A stretch of DNA of 64,000 nucleotides. It comes from Enterococcus phage AllMyExes. The notes under the pieces were generated by a model. It saw only the letters and a list, made by a program, of their open reading frames with translations. It made no database searches and was not told the DNA's origin. A program made the translations under genes and the position numbers. Below are positions 17,152-28,058 of the stretch, in pieces. Numbering within the stretch: the stretch's first letter is position 1; each line of letters begins with the position of its first letter. The stretch lies in sequence record PV544171.1, one strand, 5' to 3'.

Positions 17152-18051
17152 ATGTACCCAGACTACGGATACGAGGAACAAGGGGACAATACATACCAAT
17201 ACCAACCATATGCACATGGGAACCCTAAGCATATAGATTTAGACAAAATTGATGATATACAGCCTGCTGATTATGGTTGGACACCTGCTACGCTGAAACA
17301 ATACATGTTTGGTGTAGAAGTTGTTAACCCTGAAACAGGGGAGCCTTTAGGAGATACTTTCTATGAACATATCATAGATTCAGCAATAGCTAAAGCAGAG
17401 AAACGACTAGATATTGCTATTATGCCTAGACTTATAAGAGGAGAACACCATGATTACCACCAATCAGATTTCAACTCTTACATGTATACTCATGTGTTTA
17501 AAAGACCTATTATTCAAGCAGAAAAGCTTCAATTAGAAGTTAATGGTAGAGGGTTATACAGATACCCGTCTAATTGGTGGAAAGTGTATGCACTAGCAGG
17601 TCATATACAAATGTACCCAACATCCCTCATGCAGACTGGAACACAGTTTGGTTATGAAATGACGTTCTCAGGGTACCCACAATTAGCAGGAATGCCTCCA
17701 TCAGGAGGACAAGTTGATGCTCCTCAAATGATTCATATTGACTATGTGGCAGGAATGCTACCTAGGAAAAATAGAGGATACAATGAAGACTGGGAGTGCC
17801 CTGCGGACTTAGAACAGCTTGTAATAAAATATGCGTTAAAAGAGATATTCCAACAATGGGGTAGACTTATAATTGGTGCAGGTATTGCTAGTAAGTCACT
17901 AACAGTAGATGGTATTAGTGAAAGTATACAAACAACACAGTCTGCTATGTATGGTGGAGCTTCTGCAGATATTCGACAAATTGACGAAGACATACAAGAA
18001 TTAGAAAAATCATTGGTATCTTACTTTGGAATGAACTTAGGTATTATTTAA
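17152..18051 (+). CDS. virion structural protein (head completion/connector candidate)
   Basis: 299-aa ORF in the head-tail joining block. Confidence 0.45.
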   Translation: MYPDYGYEEQGDNTYQYQPYAHGNPKHIDLDKIDDIQPADYGWTPATLKQYMFGVEVVNPETGEPLGDTFYEHIIDSAIAKAEKRLDIAIMPRLIRGEHHDYHQSDFNSYMYTHVFKRPIIQAEKLQLEVNGRGLYRYPSNWWKVYALAGHIQMYPTSLMQTGTQFGYEMTFSGYPQLAGMPPSGGQVDAPQMIHIDYVAGMLPRKNRGYNEDWECPADLEQLVIKYALKEIFQQWGRLIIGAGIASKSLTVDGISESIQTTQSAMYGGASADIRQIDEDIQELEKSLVSYFGMNLGII

Positions 18052-18067
18052 AAAAGGGGGTTAACAA

Positions 18068-18937
18068 ATGGGTGAAAAACCAATTAGATTTGGTGGAGCA
18101 GGTGAAACAGGTAACCCTAACAAGCAATTAAATACTAGTAGGGTTGAATTTGAAACAAAAGGTATGGCTAGCTTCATTGAAAATAGAGGTATTGACGTTT
18201 TGTGGGAAAGAGCATGGCTATGTACATGCCGTAACCCAATGACCCTCTCACCTAAGTCGGATTGCCCCATCTGTAGGGGAAGAGGGATTGCTTACCAACC
18301 TGCAGTAAAATTAAGAATGGCTATACAGAGTCAAGAGAAAGGTATCTCTAATCAAGATTTAGGACTACTAGACACAGGAACCGCTATTGGAACGACTGAG
18401 CTAGATTCTAAGATAACCTTTAGGGACAGAATAACAGTCCCCGAAGTTAAAATATATCAAAGCTTTATTTTTAATGTAAATAAAAGAAGAGTAGCTAATG
18501 GACTATTTTTAAGCTATGATGTGAACAGTATAGAAGATATTTATGGTAAAGACGGACGTATCTTAGTTGATGGAGTCGATTTTAGAATGGACTATGACAC
18601 AAATACTATTTACCCAAATGAATCTTTGATAGATACTAATATATCCATAAATATGTCTGTTACACTTAGATATATTGTTATAGACCTGTTAAAAGAAAGC
18701 AGATACCAGTATACCACATTCGGTGTTAAACAAACACAATTTGAGTCACTACCTAAAAAGCTCTTATTGAAGCGTGAGGACGTGTTTATTGATAGTGAAC
18801 CATTTTCATTAGACATAGATACAGCAAGCCGTATGGAAGAGCTAGAGGGCAAAAAAGATACAAGTGAAGCTATGGTAGACCCTAAGCGTAAAGCTACAAA
18901 ATCAGGAGGCTTCTTTGGAGGTAAATTAAATGGCTAG
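18068..18937 (+). CDS. virion structural protein with zinc-ribbon motif (CTC...CPIC)
   Basis: 289-aa ORF. Confidence 0.45.
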   Translation: MGEKPIRFGGAGETGNPNKQLNTSRVEFETKGMASFIENRGIDVLWERAWLCTCRNPMTLSPKSDCPICRGRGIAYQPAVKLRMAIQSQEKGISNQDLGLLDTGTAIGTTELDSKITFRDRITVPEVKIYQSFIFNVNKRRVANGLFLSYDVNSIEDIYGKDGRILVDGVDFRMDYDTNTIYPNESLIDTNISINMSVTLRYIVIDLLKESRYQYTTFGVKQTQFESLPKKLLLKREDVFIDSEPFSLDIDTASRMEELEGKKDTSEAMVDPKRKATKSGGFFGGKLNG

Positions 18938-19553
18938 AAAAGGACAGAGACCCGTATTGTTTACTGATTCAAAAGCAATACTTGGCAATCTAACTCGTGC
19001 AGTGGTTGACGAAGTACTAAGTGATGCGCAAGATGTTGCTCTACGTAATGGGTCTTCTGTACAGAGAATGCCTAGCTATTTGATAGTAACAGAGTCTAGG
19101 ATGGCAAAAAATGGGGTTATAGATTTGAAACCTTTCTTTGCACGTTCTAATAAAAAGAAATATAATAAAAAAGGGGAATGGTACCTATACATCCCTATTA
19201 GTATGAAAACACGAAACATGTCAAGACGATTATACGATGAGTTGAGAGCAGTTCCAGTAGGCACAAAACCTGTAACTGTTAAAATGGACTATCTGTATGA
19301 TAGACGAAAGCAGAGCCCATCAGTGTCTAGTATTAACTACAAACCTAAATCTACTAATGTAACTGTTATACCACAGAGTTGGGGTAAAGGTACACGTAAC
19401 ACCTATGTAGCTTTCCGTACAGTTAACGCTAATTCTCCTGCGAATAGTTGGATAATAAATCGTAGAAACGTTAATGATGATGATATGAGTAAGACAATGC
19501 TAAGAAACATAGACAGGCTCATGAAATGGAAACTAAAGAATTTAGGAGGATAG
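18930..19553 (+). CDS. virion structural protein (head-tail joining candidate)
   Basis: 207-aa ORF overlapping neighbouring starts and stops. Confidence 0.45.
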   Translation: MARKGQRPVLFTDSKAILGNLTRAVVDEVLSDAQDVALRNGSSVQRMPSYLIVTESRMAKNGVIDLKPFFARSNKKKYNKKGEWYLYIPISMKTRNMSRRLYDELRAVPVGTKPVTVKMDYLYDRRKQSPSVSSINYKPKSTNVTVIPQSWGKGTRNTYVAFRTVNANSPANSWIINRRNVNDDDMSKTMLRNIDRLMKWKLKNLGG

Positions 19554-19556
19554 TGT

Positions 19557-20402
19557 ATGATACCAAGTTTAGACACTTACTTGTATAAAGAATTTGAAGA
19601 AAGGCTAAGGATAATTCTATCAGAGTGCTATATTATAGACGAAGCTTTAAAGGGGATGGACAAAGAAGCTTTAGAATCTTTTAAAAACACTTATTGCTCT
19701 ATAGATGGTAAGCCACCTAAGAGAGAAGTAGAGATGTCCTATTCATTCCCACAAGAACATCTGGATTCATTTGCTCGATTTGTAGTAACTCTCGGTAGTA
19801 GCGAAGAAGATAGCAAGTCTATTGGAGGAATCCAAGGAGGCTACGAGTATCGAGAAGGTAATGTAATTAGTGAGGAAGCCACTATTATTAGAGAAGGTGA
19901 CAAGCTAATTATAAATACATCAAAACCAGTAGCGGACTATCTAAACAGCTCAGATATAAGTTTTGCAGAAAGCGACCATTTTAGGATTGAAGATAACAAA
20001 CCTGTATTTGATTTTTCATATAATGAGGAGTTAGAAGGTATATCCATTAATGTGTCGTATATAAGCAAAGTATCAGATGATGATGTTGCAGGTGTATACA
20101 AAGGATACCAATCTAACGATAATGTTAGTATAATTGGAATAAGTTCTAATATAGATACTGCTAGGTGTTTAGATGCAATTGCTAGAATTATACTAATCAC
20201 CATGAGAGACAGTTTAGATGAAAAAACAGGGTATATGTTGCAAACACTACATTTTGGTGATATGCAAGTTGTCATAGAATCAGGTGAAACACTTGTGTTT
20301 GGTAGACCTTGTACTGTAAACTACAGAGTTACTAATTCTATTGGATTTGATTTACAACAAAGAATCACAGAGATTATTACAAAAAGGAGGATGAAATCCT
20401 AG
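19557..20402 (+). CDS. virion structural protein (tail completion candidate)
   Basis: 281-aa ORF. Confidence 0.45.
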   Translation: MIPSLDTYLYKEFEERLRIILSECYIIDEALKGMDKEALESFKNTYCSIDGKPPKREVEMSYSFPQEHLDSFARFVVTLGSSEEDSKSIGGIQGGYEYREGNVISEEATIIREGDKLIINTSKPVADYLNSSDISFAESDHFRIEDNKPVFDFSYNEELEGISINVSYISKVSDDDVAGVYKGYQSNDNVSIIGISSNIDTARCLDAIARIILITMRDSLDEKTGYMLQTLHFGDMQVVIESGETLVFGRPCTVNYRVTNSIGFDLQQRITEIITKRRMKS

Positions 20403-20635
20403 TGGCTAAAGAAACAGAGAAAGTAGTAAAAAAAGAAGTTAAAAAGGAGCAACCTAAAAAACCTAAAGGTTATGTCCATGTCGATACATTTTTAGATTAT
20501 GCAAAAGTATTATATGGACTAAATAAATATCAGGTAGCGGGTTTCAGAGCACTAATGGCAGGTAGAGAATACCAACACGAGGATGCTGATTTTGTTCCAT
20601 TTTTAGAAAAGTATATAGGAAAGGAAGTTAAATAA
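20402..20635 (+). CDS. small Lys-rich protein
   Basis: 77 aa, translationally coupled (TAGTGG). Confidence 0.4.
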   Translation: MAKETEKVVKKEVKKEQPKKPKGYVHVDTFLDYAKVLYGLNKYQVAGFRALMAGREYQHEDADFVPFLEKYIGKEVK

Positions 20636-20638
20636 TAA

Positions 20639-22348
20639 ATGGCTGTAGAACAATTCCCAAGAAAAAAAGTATCACGTCCACATACTGAGATTACCGTAGA
20701 CACAAGCGGTATTGGTGGGGCATCAAGTAGCTCTGACAAAACATTAATGTTAGTCGGCTCTGCTAAAGGCGGTAAACCAGATACTGTTTATCGTTTCCGT
20801 AATTATCAACAAGCTAAACAAGTACTACGTAGTGGAGATTTGCTAGATGCTATTGAGTTAGCATGGAATGCATCTGACGTTAATACCGCATCAGCAGGAG
20901 ACATTTTAGCAGTTCGTGTTGAAGATGCTAAAAACGCAACTCTTACAAAAGGTGGTTTAACATTTGCTTCAACAATTTATGGGGTAGATGCAAATGAAAT
21001 TCAAGTAGCATTAGAAGACAACAATTTAACACACACAAAAAGATTGACTGTTGCATTTTCTAAAGATGGTTATAAGAAAGTTTTCGATAACTTAGGTAAA
21101 ATTTTCTCTATCCAATATAAAGGTAGTGAAGCTCAAGCCAACTTTACAATTGCACAAGATAAAATCAGTAAGAAAGCAACAACATTAACTTTAAATGTAG
21201 GTGCTGAACCAGAAAGTACAACAGAAGTAATGAAGTATGAGTTAGGTCAAGGTGTTTACTCTGAGACAAATGTCTTAGTTAGTGCAATCAATAGTTTACC
21301 AGATTGGGAGGCTAAATTCTTCCCTATAGGTGACAAAAACTTACCTACTGATGCTTTAGAGGCAGTAGACAAAGTAGATGTTAAGACAGAGGCTGTATTC
21401 GTAGGAGCTTTAGCAGGAGACATTGCTAAACAGCTAGAATACAATGACTATGTAACTGTAGCTGTAGATGCTACAAAACCTGTAGAAGACTTTGAATTAA
21501 CAAACTTAACAGGTGGTTCTGACGGAACTGCTCCTGAGTCTTGGGCTAATAAATTCCCATTACTAGCTAATGAAGGTGGTTACTACTTAGTGCCATTAAC
21601 AGATAAACAGGCAGTTCATTCTGAGGCTTTAGCTTTTGTTAAAGACCGTACAGACAATGGTGACCCAATGCGTATTATCGTTGGTGGAGGCACTAATGAA
21701 ACAGTAGAGGAAAGCATTACTCGTGCAACAAACCTACGTGACCCTAGAGCTTCTTTAGTAGGCTTCTCTGGAACTCGTAAAATGGATGACGGACGGTTGC
21801 TTAAATTACCGGGTTACATGATGGCTTCACAAATTGCAGGTATTGCAAGTGGTTTAGAAGTTGGTGAAGCAATCACTTTCAAACACTTCAACGTAACATC
21901 TGTAGACCGTGTATTTGAAAGTAGCCAGTTAGACATGTTAAACGAAAGTGGAGTAATCTCTATCGAGTTTGTACGTAACCGTACTTTAACTGCATTCCGT
22001 GTAGTGCAAGACGTAACTACCTACAATGACAAATCTGACCCAGTTAAAAATGAAATGTCTGTTGGTGAAGCAAACGACTTCTTAGTTTCAGAATTGAAAA
22101 TTGAACTAGATAACAACTTCATCGGAACTAAAGTGATTGACACAAGCGCAAGCTTAATCAAAAACTTTATCCAATCATTCTTAGATAACAAAAAACGTGC
22201 TCGTGAAATCCAAGATTACACACCGGAAGAAGTACAAGTTGTCTTAGAAGGTGACGTGGCATCAATCAGTATGACCGTAATGCCTATCCGTAGCTTGAAT
22301 AAGATTACTGTTCAGTTAGTATACAAACAACAAATCTTAACAGCATAG
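20639..22348 (+). CDS. tail sheath protein
   Basis: 569 aa. Directly precedes the ~140-aa tube gene. Highly expressed codon bias. Confidence 0.7.
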   Translation: MAVEQFPRKKVSRPHTEITVDTSGIGGASSSSDKTLMLVGSAKGGKPDTVYRFRNYQQAKQVLRSGDLLDAIELAWNASDVNTASAGDILAVRVEDAKNATLTKGGLTFASTIYGVDANEIQVALEDNNLTHTKRLTVAFSKDGYKKVFDNLGKIFSIQYKGSEAQANFTIAQDKISKKATTLTLNVGAEPESTTEVMKYELGQGVYSETNVLVSAINSLPDWEAKFFPIGDKNLPTDALEAVDKVDVKTEAVFVGALAGDIAKQLEYNDYVTVAVDATKPVEDFELTNLTGGSDGTAPESWANKFPLLANEGGYYLVPLTDKQAVHSEALAFVKDRTDNGDPMRIIVGGGTNETVEESITRATNLRDPRASLVGFSGTRKMDDGRLLKLPGYMMASQIAGIASGLEVGEAITFKHFNVTSVDRVFESSQLDMLNESGVISIEFVRNRTLTAFRVVQDVTTYNDKSDPVKNEMSVGEANDFLVSELKIELDNNFIGTKVIDTSASLIKNFIQSFLDNKKRAREIQDYTPEEVQVVLEGDVASISMTVMPIRSLNKITVQLVYKQQILTA

Positions 22349-22408
22349 AGTGTAGGGGCAGTTGCCCCTCCTCTTACATAATGAATAAAATATAGGAGTG
22401 ATATATAC

Positions 22409-22831
22409 ATGGCTAGTGTTGGAAATCAAACAGTCCACACAGGTAACACAGTTTACCTAATGATTGGTAATAAAATTATCGGTCGTGCGCAATCTGCATC
22501 AGGTGAGCGCCAATATGGTACACAAGGTATCTATGAAATCGGTAGTATTATGCCACAAGAACACGTATACTTGAAATATGAAGGTACAATTACTTTAGAA
22601 CGTATGCGTATGAAAAAAGAAGACTTAGCAAGTTTAGGAATTACAGCGTTAGGTGAAGACATCTTGCAACGTGATATTATTGACATCGTAATGATGGACA
22701 ATTTAACTAAAGAAATCGTAGTAGCTTATCGTGGTTGCTCTGCAATTTCTTACTCAGAGTCATTCACAGCTAACGAAGTTACATCAGAATCAACCCAATT
22801 CACATACCTAACCTCAGCTAAAGTAAAATAA
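22409..22831 (+). CDS. tail tube protein
   Basis: 140 aa immediately after the sheath gene. Confidence 0.65.
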   Translation: MASVGNQTVHTGNTVYLMIGNKIIGRAQSASGERQYGTQGIYEIGSIMPQEHVYLKYEGTITLERMRMKKEDLASLGITALGEDILQRDIIDIVMMDNLTKEIVVAYRGCSAISYSESFTANEVTSESTQFTYLTSAKVK

Positions 22832-22841
22832 CAATAATGTT

Positions 22842-22871
22842 AACCACCCACATTGTATGGGTGGTTATTTT
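22842..22871 (+). terminator. Rho-independent terminator after the tail tube gene
   Basis: AACCACCCA...TGGGTGGTT followed by ATTTT. Confidence 0.6.
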
Positions 22872-22920
22872 ATGTTATAATATATTCATTGAATAAAAAA
22901 GCTTAAGGAGGACGTTATTA

Positions 22921-23067
22921 GTGAAATATCCATATTTAGTAGAATTGTATGCAAAACATGTAATTAGAGATGCAGGGTACATAGAAAATGTACCACCAGT
23001 TATTTATGAAGATGTTGTGAAACGTGTTGAAGAAATAAAAAGAGAAGAAAACTTAACAATAGATTAA
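22921..23067 (+). CDS. small ORF A (48 aa; MKYPYLVELYAKHVIRD...), paralogue of 40068..40214; not in the ORF track
   Basis: GTG start, 9 nt after the strong RBS TTAAGGAGG. Followed by a terminator at 23084-23118. Clear amino-acid similarity to small ORF B. Confidence 0.5.
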   Translation: MKYPYLVELYAKHVIRDAGYIENVPPVIYEDVVKRVEEIKREENLTID

Positions 23068-23083
23068 TTAGTATAAGTTTAAA

Positions 23084-23118
23084 TAGACCTAATTCAGATA
23101 TGGGTCTATTTTTTTTGC
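23084..23118 (+). terminator. Rho-independent terminator
   Basis: ATAGACC...GGGTCTAT followed by T8. Confidence 0.6.
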
Positions 23119-23144
23119 CACTATAAATACAAATAACTAGATAG

Positions 23145-23155
23145 TGTGGTATAAT
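23145..23155 (+). promoter_or_regulatory. extended -10 promoter TGTGGTATAAT
   Basis: Exact motif, followed 9 nt later by a TGCTATATTAA copy. Confidence 0.5.
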
Positions 23156-23163
23156 AAAGATAG

Positions 23164-23174
23164 TGCTATATTAA
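23164..23174 (+). promoter_or_regulatory. TGCTATATTAA motif, copy 4
   Basis: Exact 11-mer, 39 nt upstream of 23203. Confidence 0.45.
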
Positions 23175-23202
23175 TTTATGAGTAAACTAGGAGGAAATAA
23201 TA

Positions 23203-23676
23203 ATGACAGAAAATAATGAAAAGGTATTTACACCTACCCCAAATTTATCACGTGAGCAATTAATAGAAAAGTTGCAACGTGGAGAAAACTTGACGGATGA
23301 AGAAGTAAATATTTTGAAATATTACAATGATGCAGAAGAACGTAAACAGTTAGATAGAATTATCCCGGGTGTTAATGATGTATTTTCTAAGCATTACAAC
23401 TTAAAAGAATATGGTTTAGAATTTGATATTAAAATAAAAGCACCTAATATTATCGAAAACGGTAAAATTCAGGCAAGAAGAGAAGCCTATTTAGAAGGCA
23501 TGGGAATGGCAGTTAGCAACTTTATTTTCCAAAGTTACCAAATGTTAGCAACTATTCGAGTATGTGGGGTAGAGGTACCAGAAGTATTAGCTGATGATGA
23601 AAAAATTTATAATTTATATGTATTAGGAGTAATCGCAAAGGACTATGGTGAATGGCTAAACTCCTTTCGATACTAG
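23203..23676 (+). CDS. tail assembly chaperone candidate
   Basis: 157 aa and acidic. Position between tube and tape measure genes. Confidence 0.4.
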   Translation: MTENNEKVFTPTPNLSREQLIEKLQRGENLTDEEVNILKYYNDAEERKQLDRIIPGVNDVFSKHYNLKEYGLEFDIKIKAPNIIENGKIQARREAYLEGMGMAVSNFIFQSYQMLATIRVCGVEVPEVLADDEKIYNLYVLGVIAKDYGEWLNSFRY

Positions 23677-23743
23677 AGTTAAAGAACTAGGTGGAATAAA
23701 AGCCCTCGTTAGAAATAACTATAGTAGAAATCTATGGGCAATA

Positions 23744-24319
23744 ATGAAAAAATTCAAGGTACTACCGAGTGACCCTGCGTGGCAAAATCTCACAAGTGAC
23801 CAAGTAGAGTGGATTTTATATAACATGGAAAGAGACATAGAAGAGCAAGAACGACTAGCTAAAGGAATGCAGTTAGAAAGTGAGTTCCAAGACTATGACG
23901 ATTCATGGTATGATAAACCACATGATGAGTTCTCTCCAATTCGTGAAGGTGACGATGAGGAAGAAATTGCTCGTAAACTTAGTGAAATCACAAGTGAGGA
24001 AGACATGGCTAAACTTAAAGCTCGTTGGGAGGCAAGCCAAGAAGTTGATGCTATCCGTGCAGAAGGTGGAACAACAATTGAAGAAGATACGATTAACGAA
24101 CTTATTGCTAACAATGTTAAAAAAGCAATGGAAGAGGCTAGACGTATTGAGAAACATGGTGGAAACAAATGGCAAGAGAAATCATCAATTGAGTTAGAAG
24201 AGGAACGTAAGAACCTAGAGTTTAACTCACAGTTGAAACAAGGAGATATTCAGGAGGCTATCGATTTGTTTAACAAAGATGTCGAGCCAACATCATTAGA
24301 TGACGAATTTCAAATTTAA
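23744..24319 (+). CDS. tail assembly chaperone candidate (very acidic)
   Basis: 191 aa, immediately upstream of the tape measure gene. Confidence 0.4.
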   Translation: MKKFKVLPSDPAWQNLTSDQVEWILYNMERDIEEQERLAKGMQLESEFQDYDDSWYDKPHDEFSPIREGDDEEEIARKLSEITSEEDMAKLKARWEASQEVDAIRAEGGTTIEEDTINELIANNVKKAMEEARRIEKHGGNKWQEKSSIELEEERKNLEFNSQLKQGDIQEAIDLFNKDVEPTSLDDEFQI

Positions 24320-24357
24320 GGGTAGGGTATTCCCTGCCCTTTACTTGTAAAGGAAGT

Positions 24358-27300
24358 GTGGAAATGAGCAACAATTATCGTTTTTATGTTGAGGCAATGA
24401 CTGGGGATGCTGTTGCAAAACTTAATGAAATAGACAAGTTAATGGATAAAATTGATTCAAAGAGTGCAAAGGGCACCCAGAATTTTTTCCATACAAGTCA
24501 GAAAGACATTGATAAAGCTGTTGAGGAAATGCAAAAGCTTATCAAGGCAAAAAAAGAACTAGATAGAGCTTTTGACAATCAGAAGATAAATGCAGAAAGC
24601 ATGGGAGATATGACAGCATATAAACGTGCTGTATCGGATGCAGAAGAACTAACTAGAAGATTTAACAAGACACAAAAAGAATTTCAAAATCATGCTAGAA
24701 TGCAAGCTAACCCTAACTACATAAATGCTAGTACATTAAGGCAACAAAAAGCATTTCGTGATGAACTAACAGAGCAAGAGAGAGCAATAAGAAATATCTC
24801 TAGGGCACAACAGGAGCTAAACAGGGTGAACTCTAGGGTTAACCACCGTGCAAACCAAGCAAGTGCAACAGGAAGAATGACTTACAATCAGTCAGAGAGT
24901 ATGAAGCGTGACCTTAGACGTACTGGTGTATTTGAAAGCCTAGGCGCAGAAAATAAAAGCAGACAGCAAGAGCTACGAGAACGATATAAACAGAGACAAG
25001 AAGAACTAGCAGAGACTAGAAGTAATACAAATTTAGATAGACAAGTTCGTAAGAATAGGGAAACTAGTATTCAGGCTGAGATAAAAGAAATTGAGAAAGA
25101 AATTGAAGCTAGAAAACGCCTAGCAGACTCTATTAAAGAGACTGTAGAGAACTTAAAATCTAAGGAAGCTTCACTAAATGCATCTGATATAAAAGTAGAT
25201 GCTGATAGAAAGAGTATTCGTGGTGTTCTAGCTGAGCGTGCGCCTTCTATATCAATGGCTATGCTAGGAGGTACCGCCGCCGCCATAGGTGGTTTATACG
25301 CAAAAGGAGCAACTGCTAACGCAGGTATGCGTGATGCATCTATTTCTTTAGGACAACGTACAGGTACTAGTGATTTCCGTGCACTAAGAAAAAGTATGCA
25401 AGAGATGGGTATTGAGAAACAGTTAGGCTATAAAGGCGCTGACATGTTACAATTCCAAGAAGATGCATTAAGTAATATTGGGTTTACAAGTAAAGAGGAC
25501 TTAGCAGGAAGTACAAGAGCCTTAGCAGAGGGTTCAAGAGCAGTTCCAGTAGATAATGAGACTTTAAGTGACTTTATGAATAGTCAAATGAAGAGTGGAG
25601 CTATTAGTGGTAGAGACCAAATTAAGAATATTCAAGAAGGTTTCTTGGGTGCTATTCAGCGCTCAGGGATGGCAGGTCGTGAGAAAGAACAACTAGAAGC
25701 TCTTAAAACATTAAGTGAGCAAAGCTTTACTGGTCGTAACGGAAGTAATCAAGAGCTTAAAGAACAAATGGCAATGTTAACAATGCTAAACCAAACAGGT
25801 AAGCGTGCTGTCCAAGGTGAACAAGGAGCACAACTAATGTCAAGTTTATCTGCAGGTATTCAAGGTAGCGTATGGAATAATAAGGCATCTTTACTTTTAG
25901 GTAAAGGGACACAATTCCAAGGACTAGCAGGAATGTACGACTTAAAAGCTATGCAAGAACAAGGAGCAACGCCAGAGAACTTACAGAAAATTATTGGCAG
26001 TGTCCAACAATCAGTTCCCGGTGACGAAAAGTCTCAGAAGTATGCTTTCGGTAGTGCTTTACACGAACTATTCGGTACAGATGCTAAGAATGACCAAATA
26101 GATGCAATTTGGGAGGCTTATGCCAACGGTGGTTTAAGTCAGGATAACGTAGACAGAATAATGAATGAAAGCCAATCTACAGGAAAAGGCAAATACGACA
26201 AGAACATAGAAGACTATGCAAACTCTAAAGAAGGAACCGCTAACCGTTCAGAAGCTGTTACAGAGAAACAAGCTTCACAGATTAACGATATGGGGGACAT
26301 CTTAAGAGAAACTAACTCTAAATTAGGAGCACTTCCTCCTGCGTTATATGCGTTAGGAGCAGGCTTAGGAGCTATGGCTGTTTCACTAGCCACATCAGGC
26401 TCTATTGGTGGTTTATCTAGTTTAATCAAAAAAGGAACTCGTTCTACTTTTAGTACAGGTGGAGGAGTAACTGCAGGGGGCGGATTTTTAAAATCAGCTA
26501 AAGAAGCATTCTCTGCAGGTAAAGGCTCTGGCGGATGGTTCCAAGGTATTAAAAATGTAGGTAGTGTAGCTAAGGACTCCGCAATGGGTGTCGGAGCTAA
26601 GGCTGTTGAAGGAGCAAAAGGACTAAAAGGTGCCGGAATGGGCAGTAAGGTTCTTGGTGGCTTAGGAAAAGCAGGTAAATTCCTAGGCAAAGTTGCAACC
26701 CCTCTAGCGATAGGTTCCTCTCTACTAGATATTGCAACCGCAGATGATAAAACAAAGGCGGTAGGGGAGAGTGTTGGAGCTATTGGTGGAGGTATCGGAG
26801 GAGCTAAGTTAGGGGCAATGATTGGTACATTTATTGCACCCGGTCTTGGTACAGGTATCGGAGGAGCTATTGGTGGAGGTATCGGCGCCATAGGAGGTAC
26901 TCTAGCAGGTTCTAAACTAGGCGGTAAATTTGTTGATGGTGTTCGTAAATTCTTCGGAGGAGAAGAAGCTTATGCGGAAGAAGCAGACTTAACTGCAGGG
27001 CAAGATGTTGCTTCTGGTCAAGAGAGTAAATCAGGAGTACAAGAAGCCAGAGACACGGCTAACAAACGAGTCCTATCTGAGAAAACACGTGCAGAGAATA
27101 ACGCAGAAGAGTCCGCCAATCTCTCTATCTATTCTAAGTTATTAGATAGAGCCCAACGTATACTAAACCAAGCAAAAAATCAAAACGGTATATTCGGTAA
27201 CTCAGGGAGCTCTAAAGATTCTTCTGATGGAATGGGTTCAGATGCTTCTAGTAAAGACTTTGGAGGAGACTGGGAGAAAGCCATTAGGCAAGCATCTAAG

Positions 27301-28020
27301 AAAATGGGAGTAGATGTTTCTGACGATGAAATAGATACAATACTTAGATTGATTCAGGCGGAGTCTAGTGGTGACGAGAGTGCTGTTCAACAGATAATTG
27401 ATGAGAACAACTTCAATGGCAATGGCGGAGCTAAAGGTTTGTTACAGTATGTCCAAAGTACTTTTGATGCATACAAAGTAGACGGTCATGACAACATAAT
27501 GAGCGGGTATGACCAATTGCTAGCTTTCTTTAATAATAGTAATTGGAAAAATGACCTAAATTCTTGGGATAGCCGTTATCAAAACGGTGGTACAGGATGG
27601 GGTCCTACTGGTAATAAAACTAGAGCGATGGGCGGACACATAACTAGCCCAGAGTATGCGCTACTGGGAGAGGTAGCAGGTCAAGATGAGTATGTTATAA
27701 ATCCTAGTCAGCCAACAGCTCCACGTTTATTAGCAGAAGCTACTAGAAAAACAGCTCAAAACTTCCGATTAACAGGTAACGGTTCTGGTCATGATTGGGG
27801 AGCTTCAATTTCTAAAATAAATGCAACAGGAGGAGCTCAATCAGGTTCAGCTCCTACGATGACAAATACAAATGAGGTATCAGTTAATGTCACCATACAA
27901 GGTGGGGGAACAAGTGATAGTATAGCTAGAGAAATTGGTGATAAGTCAGCAGGAATTATCAGCAAAACACTCGATGCCACCTTCACAGATTTCTTCGCAA
28001 AAGAATACAGGAGAGTGTAG
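24358..28020 (+). CDS. tail tape measure protein with C-terminal SLT-like lytic transglycosylase domain
   Basis: 1220 aa: N-terminal coiled coil, central Gly-rich hydrophobic segment, C-terminal LIQAESSGDESAVQ...GAKGLLQYVQSTFDAY (SLT catalytic-Glu context). Confidence 0.7.
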   Translation: MEMSNNYRFYVEAMTGDAVAKLNEIDKLMDKIDSKSAKGTQNFFHTSQKDIDKAVEEMQKLIKAKKELDRAFDNQKINAESMGDMTAYKRAVSDAEELTRRFNKTQKEFQNHARMQANPNYINASTLRQQKAFRDELTEQERAIRNISRAQQELNRVNSRVNHRANQASATGRMTYNQSESMKRDLRRTGVFESLGAENKSRQQELRERYKQRQEELAETRSNTNLDRQVRKNRETSIQAEIKEIEKEIEARKRLADSIKETVENLKSKEASLNASDIKVDADRKSIRGVLAERAPSISMAMLGGTAAAIGGLYAKGATANAGMRDASISLGQRTGTSDFRALRKSMQEMGIEKQLGYKGADMLQFQEDALSNIGFTSKEDLAGSTRALAEGSRAVPVDNETLSDFMNSQMKSGAISGRDQIKNIQEGFLGAIQRSGMAGREKEQLEALKTLSEQSFTGRNGSNQELKEQMAMLTMLNQTGKRAVQGEQGAQLMSSLSAGIQGSVWNNKASLLLGKGTQFQGLAGMYDLKAMQEQGATPENLQKIIGSVQQSVPGDEKSQKYAFGSALHELFGTDAKNDQIDAIWEAYANGGLSQDNVDRIMNESQSTGKGKYDKNIEDYANSKEGTANRSEAVTEKQASQINDMGDILRETNSKLGALPPALYALGAGLGAMAVSLATSGSIGGLSSLIKKGTRSTFSTGGGVTAGGGFLKSAKEAFSAGKGSGGWFQGIKNVGSVAKDSAMGVGAKAVEGAKGLKGAGMGSKVLGGLGKAGKFLGKVATPLAIGSSLLDIATADDKTKAVGESVGAIGGGIGGAKLGAMIGTFIAPGLGTGIGGAIGGGIGAIGGTLAGSKLGGKFVDGVRKFFGGEEAYAEEADLTAGQDVASGQESKSGVQEARDTANKRVLSEKTRAENNAEESANLSIYSKLLDRAQRILNQAKNQNGIFGNSGSSKDSSDGMGSDASSKDFGGDWEKAIRQASKKMGVDVSDDEIDTILRLIQAESSGDESAVQQIIDENNFNGNGGAKGLLQYVQSTFDAYKVDGHDNIMSGYDQLLAFFNNSNWKNDLNSWDSRYQNGGTGWGPTGNKTRAMGGHITSPEYALLGEVAGQDEYVINPSQPTAPRLLAEATRKTAQNFRLTGNGSGHDWGASISKINATGGAQSGSAPTMTNTNEVSVNVTIQGGGTSDSIAREIGDKSAGIISKTLDATFTDFFAKEYRRV

Positions 28021-28058
28021 GGGCTTAATGTCTCTACTTTTCTCTAAGGAGGTTTATA

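Noticed and set aside
26214-26891. 225-aa Pro/Ala-rich ORF on the minus strand
   Set aside because: It is antisense to the Gly-rich segment of the tape measure gene (GGN codons read as NCC, giving Pro/Ala on the opposite strand). It is a frame artefact.
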